Both the position numbers and the translations under genes were made by a program. Source: Epithemia pelagica (Eukaryota; Protista; Bacillariophyta). Taken from it: a DNA stretch of 64,000 bases. The notes beneath the pieces are model-generated. The model was not told the DNA's origin. It searched no databases and saw nothing but the letters and a program-made list of their open reading frames with translations. This document shows positions 22,885 to 31,530 of the stretch, piece after piece. The stretch covers positions 3,472,001-3,536,000 of the forward strand of contig OX337232.1 in assembly GCA_946965045.2 (NCBI GenBank), in the 5' to 3' direction. Position 1 is the first letter of the stretch, and every line of letters starts with the position of its first letter.

Positions 22885-23441
22885 CTGTGACGACGTCACA
22901 ATTGACGCACGTCACGTGACGTGACGTAAAATTGACGACGTCACGTCAGGCCATCAGGCTGTGACGAATGACGGGAATGAAAAAAAGTGACGGGAAAAAA
23001 ATCTTTTGTGGATCTTTTGTAGTCAAACAGATACGTCGAGAAACGCACAAAAATGGCATCCAAAGTGATCCAAGGAATGAACAACAATCAACCATTGATG
23101 ATCAAGCATGGTCATAGCTATTATGTGTGCATGATCGATGTTGACTTACCGTGGTTGGATGTCAGAACCACTGCTGTGACGGAACAAGGACAAACTTTGG
23201 GGATTCATCCTTGGAAAAGGAGACAAAGTGGAGCTTCCGTCCACTTCAGGCACCATTTACAGACATCAGAGACCATTAATCATGATACATACAGTCAAAA
23301 CATCCTATTTCGATCATACATCCCTATTGTCTTATCAATATCCCAAAATTGACGAAAGTGACGGGAAAAACCTGACGGGAACATATTCCCGTCACTATTT
23401 GACGGCGTCACGTCACGGTTCTGGCCCGTGACGTGACGTAG
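22885..23441. mobile_element. Probable MITE with GTCAC/TGACG-rich ends and TA duplication
   Basis: gatgcTA|CT...AG|TAgcaaac. About 20 TGACG/CGTCA motifs (hand count), clustered at 22885-22995 and 23350-23441. Confidence 0.5.
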
Positions 23442-23608
23442 TAGCAAACTTGCCATCAAGATTGACTTTCATCCGTTGACTACTTTAGTACTCATGCTGG
23501 CCGGCTCGGCTGCTCATCAGCCAGACTACCGAGCAACAGACAGACGCTTGAGACACGAAACACAAAACAAAACCAACAACAAACAACAAACAACAACACA
23601 CCACCACC

Positions 23609-24364
23609 ATGGCAGAAGCAACCAAAGAAGACGCCGCGAGCCCCACGAGCTCCACGGCCGCGGAAAGTATGATTCGTTTGTTGTACCTGGAAATAATTCG
23701 GAAGGACGATTACAAGCAGTGGAAAAAGGATCCGCAGCTGTGTCCACGGCCTCAGGTTTCGATGAACACGATTGATGACAGCACGCCGGAAGTGATCCAA
23801 GAACGCTTCGACATCTCTCATCTCTCGGAGCACTTGACGATTTGGGAGAAGCAAATACCTAAAGTTCAGCCATTTTTCTCTTTCTCCGATGTGAATGTTA
23901 TGACGGAAAATTCACCAAAGCGCACTTTCCAGTACGAGATGGACGGTCTCACCTGGAGTTGCGAGTATTTCGTCAAGACGTGGGTCTCAAAAGCCGATAA
24001 CTTGATGAAGATTTTGGTCATTCACCTTCCAAATGACGGGTTTTTCTATGTCAACGAATACGCCGTGGACGAGATTGTGGGAAAGATCAAGAAAAAGGGT
24101 CAGAAGAACAGTCGCCACAAACACACGTGCTTTGAAGACTGGGTCGTGCTTGAGAAAACGATTTGGAACAAGCTGAAACCTTTCGAGACTTTTATGGCAA
24201 CATGGTGTGGGAATGATTATGACCCTCAACGAGTCGAGAAGACGGCCTTGTACCATTCTGGTGCCAACCGAGTCGACATATGCATGCGTATGGATCACAT
24301 AGCAATTGAATTCTCGTTTGAGCACAGCTTCCCGGTTGCGCTGGAAGACGACTTCTGGGACTAA
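23609..24364 (+). CDS. Orphan protein, 251 aa, intronless
   Basis: Clean ORF with a CAA-rich leader ending CACCACC-ATG and an AT-rich 3' region. No family recognised. Confidence 0.7.
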   Translation: MAEATKEDAASPTSSTAAESMIRLLYLEIIRKDDYKQWKKDPQLCPRPQVSMNTIDDSTPEVIQERFDISHLSEHLTIWEKQIPKVQPFFSFSDVNVMTENSPKRTFQYEMDGLTWSCEYFVKTWVSKADNLMKILVIHLPNDGFFYVNEYAVDEIVGKIKKKGQKNSRHKHTCFEDWVVLEKTIWNKLKPFETFMATWCGNDYDPQRVEKTALYHSGANRVDICMRMDHIAIEFSFEHSFPVALEDDFWD

Positions 24365-26754
24365 GGGACGGAAAATCAAACATACCTGGTACGGTACCTC
24401 GTTTCGTAGTCGAATGCACGGTTTAATAATATTAAAATATTGGGTGGGTAATGATATTCATTCTCGTCTTTGCCTTTGAAGTTTGTACTGCCGTCACTGT
24501 CAAGATATAAAAAGACACATTATGCAAGGAAACGTGAGAACAGCGTTCCAACAATCACACAACCATGAGAGTCGAACAACAACACTCTGATAGTACGCAC
24601 CACTTCCACTGTGCAAACCAATTCGAACACCGAGGTCACCCGTATCAGGTCCCAAGGTCATTTCCAAACCCTTGACCACCTCTTGAGTCGTCAAAAGGCA
24701 TCCATGGCAAACCGGGCCATCACCACCGCATGGTCTTTGCGCTTTTCGGGAAGTCCAGCAACCGCCACATAGCAATCACCGACCGTCTCGACCTTGAAGA
24801 CTCGACGTTTTTGGGCGAGACGGTCCAGGGAGCTAAAGACATTTTCCAACAGGGTAAAGACTTGGGTCGGCTCTCGCATGGACGACCAGGCGGTAAAGTC
24901 GGTAATATCGGCAAACATGATGGTCGTCTCCAAAAAGAGATCAGCAATCGGTGTGTTGAGTCCAGCGGCGGCATCTTCATCCATGATTCCACCATCCAAC
25001 AAGTTTTGCAGTTTGCCCATGTGCGACGTCATGTGATGATTCTTTTTCTTGTTGTTATTGGCGGGTTGATCCAAGAGACGGTCTCGAATATTACTGGGAA
25101 AGAGGGATGAGACGAGAGCATTGGATTTGGCCGCATTGGCCACCACCTTGGTATTGCGCTTGCGTTGAAACAAATCGTAGGCCAAGAAGGCGGTCACCAT
25201 GGACAAAAAGACTGCTCCGACGACGACCGTCAAGGAAATGGGGCTGGAGGACTTGTAATCATCTTCAAATTCTTGAGACGGATATACGTTGACGGTGTAG
25301 ATACACGCGCCGGCCTTTCGGGCCGCTTCCACATTGCCGTAGGTATTGAAATCGGCGGAAAGTTTGTAGGAGTCATAGGCCGTGTCATGAAGATCCCCAC
25401 TGCCAACGTAACGAGCTTCCTTTCCTTCTATTTCCCAGGTGGCTGTATCGTTGCAGGTGTTTTCGAGAACAAGATAAATTCCTCGAACGTCATCGGGAAG
25501 AATGTCCGAGAAATGTACATTCCATCGCAACAAAATGAGGAGCTCTCCGACAACCTTCTTGGATTCTTGATCAAACGAATCGTAGAGCGGCTGGTAATAA
25601 AAGGAATCGGGTTCCACTGTGTCAGAAGGGTAGAGCAGGTCCACAAACTCCTGACTCAGCACCTCGCCCACGACTCCTTGTCCCAGAGTCTCCATGATAT
25701 TGTGAAGAAGGAGAGTGTCTGGCAAGGAGAAGGAATCATAGTTAATAAGTGGCGACACGGGAAGTGGATCGGCCTGCCAGACGGGTAGAAAGGGCCCTGT
25801 CGCATTCCAGTCGTAAGCCTTGGGTTGAAAATCACTGTTAAAACTCCAGATATCGGGGAAAAAGGGCGATCCCTCGTACCAATCAAGATTGGACATGACG
25901 TATTGAACCCATTGCATTCTGTCCTGTGGTTCCACAACGGGTAGCAAAAAGAATCCAACCGAAATGGTTTGGCGACGGAGATTTTGAGCGTGAACCTTGA
26001 AATCGGGGATTGTCACAAAGGGCCAATCGGTATCCGACTGTCGCACTGTCGTTGTGATTTGATCGGCAAAATCCTTGCAACTGGTACGAATGGTGGACGC
26101 ACTAAAGGTGGACGATTCCAAAAGCGTCGTCGCAAATTGTTTGAACTGAAAACAAGCATGTCAGAAGGCATGTCAACAAATAAAGAGTCAAAACTGCACC
26201 AAACAAGAGAGAGAGGAACGTACCGAGTCTTCAAAATCGTCTTCTTCTTCATTGGTTAGGAAAATTGAGGTGAGGGTTGTGACGGCTCCTCCCACCAACA
26301 ACATGGCAACAATGACAACCCATCGCCAGTTGCGGACAACTTTGGTTTCTTCACGAATAATCTTTTTGATTTCTTCCACTTCATCTCGAGAATTGGAGGT
26401 GGTGGACAAGCGGTTAGTTTCGTCATCATCCTCCTCGATGTCATCTTCTTGTATCACGTTACTGTGCTTGTCGTCCAAAGACTTTTCCTGGAGCGGATAT
26501 TGTTCCGAAACAACAACTTCCTTCACCATGGTTTCGTTGTGGAGAGGGTGTCAAACTCGTCGTCGTGCCGATCTCGTCGTGAGTGATTTTTCTGTTTAGT
26601 CGCCTAGAAGCAGCATTTCAAGAAATATTATGGTATGGCTGACGAAGTGAACTCTACGAATAATTAAACCCCCGAACTAGGAATAGAGGATGGATGCTAC
26701 ACCCTTTTCCTCAATTCATTTATCCAGTACTTTTTTCATATACTTCTTCCCATG

Positions 26755-26880
26755 AACGAGCGCCTGGAAGTGATGTACGATTGCTTCCCAGAAATTTATT
26801 CCGCCCTTTGCTAATTGGTAGGTACTGTAAGGACGTGTTAAATAATAATCCGGCAAAAACGCTTAAGCAATCATGTTGGG
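26755..26880. promoter_or_regulatory. Diverged upstream block shared by the cyclase-PDE paralogues
   Basis: CGC(C/T)TGGAAGTG...GAAATT...TTGCTAATTGGTAG...ATCCGGCAA(A/C)AACGCTTA occurs here, at about 9025-9129 and at about 1940-2043. Two of the copies lie 230-420 bp upstream of the paralogue ATGs. Confidence 0.5.
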
Positions 26881-27402
26881 TAAGTGTGGTGAAGTCCACC
26901 AGAATTCGTCACATTGGATGGACTTGGAATCGAGCTCTGATCTTTGGACTATTTGGATAGCTCCTACAATATCGATCTCTATAAATTGTAGAGAGAGCCT
27001 CGCAAAACCCTCCAGGTTGTCTCCAGTCTCCAGCTCCAAAAGTTAGTTAGTTAGTTAGTTAGTTGGATCGACTACTAGAGGAGTAGGTAGGAAATACAAC
27101 CAATGTAGTATTTTCTCCAGTAGGCTCTAGGTGAAGGCAGTAGACGAGGTTGTGGTATTGCGCGAGCACATAGTGGTATCTACACACTGCCCTCTTAGGA
27201 CTACTGTGGTATATCATACAACCAACTGTCGTACTTTTGGCTGTTTTTTTAGGCCGTAAAAGACAACTAGTTTGACGCACATACTGTGGGTAAAAGTACA
27301 GTCAATACAACCTTACAACCAACCATCACAAATTCAAGAGAGCGACAAAAGAGCAACAATCATCCCTACTGGCGAACAACAAATTTCTACAAGACAAACA
27401 GG

Positions 27403-29595
27403 ATGCCTCGAACCAAGAATGACTACAAACCCTACCTTGTTGCAATGATGAGCCATCTGGATGGACGGACCTACAGCCAAGGAACGCAGTTCTCAAGGGA
27501 GCAGTTGTTGCGACTCAAACCAGTAGACATAGTGAGATGGATGAATTTCAAGACGTTTGGGGTTGATGATCCACCAATTGATGCCAATCCAACACATGCA
27601 CGCTCATCATCAATACTATATTGGAAGAAGGCCATTTCATCGTTCATGCCATGCCGACTTCCGCACTGGAATGAAGAATCTATGTCAGGCAACCCAACAA
27701 AGTCCCAAGAGGTTAATGACCTTATCACGCGCGTGAGAAAGAAGGAAGTTCGCAAGCAAGGAGTTGAGTCGAAAGCTCGCCGTCCTTTGACCGAGGGTGA
27801 GTTCCGCCAGGTGCAGATCATCCTTCGAGAGAGTCCAGAGAATGGCCACATAACTTGGTATGGCATACCAGGTTTTGTGAATTTTCTAAGTCACATGATT
27901 GCACGCCCTGACTGCGTGAGCCAGTGGAAAAAAGAGCTCCTAGAGCCACATGATGTTTATCCTGAGTTTGCTGTCAAGGCGCAACTCTCATGGGCTAAGA
28001 ATGTGCAACAAGAGGGAGACGCACCATGGCAGATTGTTCTTGGCTCTCGGGATCCATTTTTCTGTGTTTTCATTGGCCTTGCCATATGGCTTGAGTTTTT
28101 TCTATCAAGTCAATCGGGCCCTTTATTGACTCCCTATGTTTTCGCATTCACAACGGACACAAGAGTACCCAAAGGAGGTGAAGCAACAAATGACTATGTC
28201 CGAGAAGTGCTGACCAAACTCTATGCCAGCAGTGAATTTGTTAGAGAGCGTGGTGGGCTATTGGGAGCTTATAGTATACGCAAATTTGGCTCAACAAGAG
28301 CTAGGCGAGGAGGTGCATCAAAGGATGAAAAGGACTATAGAGGTCGCTGGAAGAAGAATCGCCGCGTTTCGGATGTCTATGATGACGCTGAACTGCCATA
28401 CCCAGATGGCAAGGTTGCGGCATTGTTGTGTCCAGGAGGACCCTGCAGCTACCGAATCAAGACAAACAGTTGTGTCACGAATGATTGGATACTAGATCAT
28501 GTTGTGCCATCTATTGCTGGCTCTGTGTACGGAAGGACTTTAGCTACAATTTTGGGGAAGGCTCTTCTATGGGTAATTTTTTCAGACAAGAAACACTGGG
28601 TCCCTCCAGCAATTGTTGCCCGCGTTACTGATGCCTATAGAGAGCTTGTGGGTGAAGAGGATACATCAGGAGCCCTTGCTAATCCTGTGGAAAAGAAACT
28701 TCTTGTTGTCACTGGTGATGACGCAACGCTTGTCATAACCGAAATCAATGCGACACCAGCTGCTGCATCACTTGGGGTTTCAACAGCTCCTGCACCAGCG
28801 CAAGACAATAATGTTGAAGGGCAAGCGCCCATTCCAAATGATGAACCACCCTTGCAGCAACCAGTTGTCTTGGGAGGACACACGGAGAGCCAGACTTCCC
28901 GGCAACTGCTTCATACGATTGTCAACCAACTCAACACAATCCAGTCTTCTATGTCAGCAATGGCTGAATCCATTGTAGAAGGAAGAGAAACTGACAGAGC
29001 AATGATGCAGAGTCAGTTTCGAATCGTTCACTCAAACATGCGCCGCATTTCTCAGGAACCACTCCGCCTCTTGCGTCGTGCAATACGAGGAAACAATCAA
29101 CAAAATGGAAATCAAAGAAACAATCATGCCAACAATAATAATGAGAACAATGCACCAGTATATCAGAATAATTTTGGAGGTAATGGTGCTGGTGGTGCTG
29201 TTCTTGCGGGTGGACAGCCACTTGGTGAGCAGCATGGTGCAGAAAATTTTGATGGTGATGCTGTCGGAGTGGCAAACCCACTAGTGCTTGCAGAGCTTTC
29301 TCCAACTCCAAGAAACTTGTACACTCTCTGGGAGGAATACATGGTAGGGATTGGTGGTAGAAAACCTGCAAGGATGTTTAGCAGACAGGAAAGAGGCCGG
29401 TGTAAGCACAAGTATCACAGAAGAAAAATTGTTTGGGATCGGATTGCACTGTTAATCAATGCTGGACTTACTTCACACATGGCCTGTGACAGAATTTATG
29501 ATGTGTATGGCCATGGAGCCACGGTCACAACAATCATCAATGCTCTCAAAAAAGATATTAGAGAGAATTCACTTGATGACAGGTTAAGAGTATGA
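27403..29595 (+). CDS. Crypton-type tyrosine recombinase with C-terminal GCR1_C-like domain
   Basis: YWKKAISSFMP, GNPTKS, MIARPD (Arg), AYSIRK, RGRW, SDVY (Tyr). C-terminal LYTLWEEYMVGIGGRKPAR..F...ERG..K.KY.RRKIVW. The ORF is open from 27286; first fitting ATG at 27403. Element ends not identified. Confidence 0.85.
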   Translation: MPRTKNDYKPYLVAMMSHLDGRTYSQGTQFSREQLLRLKPVDIVRWMNFKTFGVDDPPIDANPTHARSSSILYWKKAISSFMPCRLPHWNEESMSGNPTKSQEVNDLITRVRKKEVRKQGVESKARRPLTEGEFRQVQIILRESPENGHITWYGIPGFVNFLSHMIARPDCVSQWKKELLEPHDVYPEFAVKAQLSWAKNVQQEGDAPWQIVLGSRDPFFCVFIGLAIWLEFFLSSQSGPLLTPYVFAFTTDTRVPKGGEATNDYVREVLTKLYASSEFVRERGGLLGAYSIRKFGSTRARRGGASKDEKDYRGRWKKNRRVSDVYDDAELPYPDGKVAALLCPGGPCSYRIKTNSCVTNDWILDHVVPSIAGSVYGRTLATILGKALLWVIFSDKKHWVPPAIVARVTDAYRELVGEEDTSGALANPVEKKLLVVTGDDATLVITEINATPAAASLGVSTAPAPAQDNNVEGQAPIPNDEPPLQQPVVLGGHTESQTSRQLLHTIVNQLNTIQSSMSAMAESIVEGRETDRAMMQSQFRIVHSNMRRISQEPLRLLRRAIRGNNQQNGNQRNNHANNNNENNAPVYQNNFGGNGAGGAVLAGGQPLGEQHGAENFDGDAVGVANPLVLAELSPTPRNLYTLWEEYMVGIGGRKPARMFSRQERGRCKHKYHRRKIVWDRIALLINAGLTSHMACDRIYDVYGHGATVTTIINALKKDIRENSLDDRLRV

Positions 29596-29647
29596 TTGTT
29601 GCTGCGGCTTCACCTGAAACTAGACTTTTATGTAATCTATGCTACCT

Positions 29648-29950
29648 GGGACAAAGTAGGTGTAATTGGAAAGGGCGGTAAAGATCTAGGTGACAAAGGA
29701 GGAGTAATTGGAAAGGGCCGTAAAAATCTAGGTAGGTGACAAAGGAGGAGTAATTGGAAAGGGCGGTAAAGATCTAGGTCACAAAGGAAGAGTAATTGGA
29801 AAGGGCGGTAAAGATCTAGGTAGGTGACAAAGGAGGAGTAATTGGAAAGTGCGGTAAAGATCTAGGTGACAAAGTAGGTGTAATTGGAAAGGGCGGCAAA
29901 GATCTAGGTCACAAAGGAAGAGTAATTGGAAAGGGCGGTAAAGATCTAGG
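29648..29950. repeat. Minisatellite, 7 x 42/46 bp
   Basis: GT(G/C)ACAAAGGAGGAGTAATTGGAAAGGGCGGTAAAGATCTAG(GTAG), head to tail, with no spacers. Confidence 0.95.
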
Positions 29951-31530
29951 TACATGGAGTATCTTGATTGATGAGGGGATAGCCTAGCAAGATATTGCCA
30001 GTAGGAAATCTCCGTACACCATACATACGAGAACTTGTGTACTGTCTCTACACGGTTGCACTATTTGTTGCATTCTTTCACACTACCAAAGGAATACCTC
30101 TAGTACAACCATCGACCATAATGGACGACAACGACACCAACAGAAAGTTGTAGTCTCCCACATGGCGCATGGCAGTACCAAGCTACCTAGCTAGTAGGTA
30201 GGAGTAGTTCAGGTGTGATCCATACGCAAGAAGAAGAGCTCTTGGAGGCTGTCTCTGTCTCCCAACAAGCACGAGGGGTCACCAGATCATCATGATGAAA
30301 GATCTACCCCTACCTCTCGGTAGCTTTTTTTATTGTCTCTCTCTCTCTGGGTTGTTCTTTTGTTGCAATCGTCAGAGTTTCATGACATTTTCCTGTCGAA
30401 TGTGCATAGGACTGTAGTAGCTGTAGAAATAGTATTAGTATTATAAAACATGTCCAAATCCAAAAGAAGAGAAGGCGAAGTTTGCCTCGCTGGAAATGAG
30501 AGTAGGTTGCCCGCTGTGTTTCCAGTTTCGATCCAGGTACCAAGTACCAAATACCAAAGTGTCCAACCTGTCCGCCGTGAACCCATCGTGCTGTCCGGTT
30601 CATCCTCTTGCGAATTGAGATATGAGATGCTGTTCGGATTGAGTGTGTTGTAGAGGTCTGTCTCGCAACACGCGGTCAATCATCTCCAGCGCTGGAGAAT
30701 CCCCAGCAGCGATTTTCTGCTGCGTGTAGGATAAGCGCCACATTGATCACCATACACTCTAACTGCTGGATGTCATTCATTTGCTCCGCACTGGTCATTA
30801 CTGGCCCTGTGTCATTCATTTGCTCCACACTCCCCAATGTCTGATTGCAATGATAATGATGACTCATCAAAGGTGGAAGAGCTTGACATCGATAGCACTC
30901 CGAAGGACATCCAGAAAAAGAAGGTTCTCTCGGATGGATACACAGGCCATTTCCTACGTGAGAATTGGGAACATGTGTTCTCGCCATAGATAAGTTCCCT
31001 AGTACTCCTAGGAGTAGCTTGGAGCTAAGCTTTTTCATTCAAGTAGCACAGGTAGTCTTTTCTCAAGCGGATCAGCTGGAGAAGCTCCAGCAGAGCCGTC
31101 TCCAGCGCCTACCTAGATCCAGCAGAGAAGACCTGTTGCGAGACAGACCTCTAGTGTGTTGGGGAGTTGGGGACCTTTCGGATATCCTATGTCCTATGGT
31201 GTCCAGTCCAATCACAGAACAGTCCGAAGTGGTAGGGTGTAGTCCTAATAGTTCTATGTAAACTTAGATAATGACAAACAAACTGGTAGATCCTTCAACA
31301 ATCGAACCAAACCAAGATAGTTTCGCTTGCCCCTACAAAGTTGCAAGCCAAGAGTGCGTGGTACGTGGTACTTCTTATGGATGATGACGCCGCCCCCGGG
31401 AACGAGCTCTCCACTCTCCAATCAGGGTTTGGGTCCGTCTGTCCCCCGTCCTCAGTCGCGCTTCGGAGTCCTGTCACCCGTGTCACACAAACGATTCTTT
31501 TCTGGAACAGCAAACGTTCCGCAACCGACC

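Larger units (their letters stand above)
22551..24487. other. 1.9-kb insertion in exon 3 of paralogue B, with no TSD or TIR, carrying a complete orphan gene
   Basis: Minus-strand junctions are TGACGGCAG|tacaaac and ttattgg|GCTCCGAGG. Paralogue A reads TCACGGCAG GTGT GCTGCGAGG, so about 4 bp are lost. Confidence 0.8.
14559..26529 (-). pseudogene. Cyclase-PDE paralogue B, disrupted (pieces 26529-24488, 22550-21719, 15625-14559)
   Basis: Same exon-intron layout as paralogue A. 1-bp deletion near 24690 (AMDAF* vs AMDALL), a 1.9-kb insertion in exon 3 and Copia-1 in exon 4. Confidence 0.9.

Noticed and set aside
29648-29950. CRISPR array
   Set aside because: The units are contiguous with no unique spacers, there are no cas genes, and the context is eukaryotic.
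30190-31300. Gene or transposase in the Crypton-ATG7 spacer
   Set aside because: Only short ORFs with no recognisable motif and one small internal repeat (GTCATTCATTTGCTCC x2).
31327-31530. 204-nt N-terminal extension of ATG7
   Set aside because: It starts at a non-ATG codon; the first ATG at 31531 precedes the conserved N-terminus.
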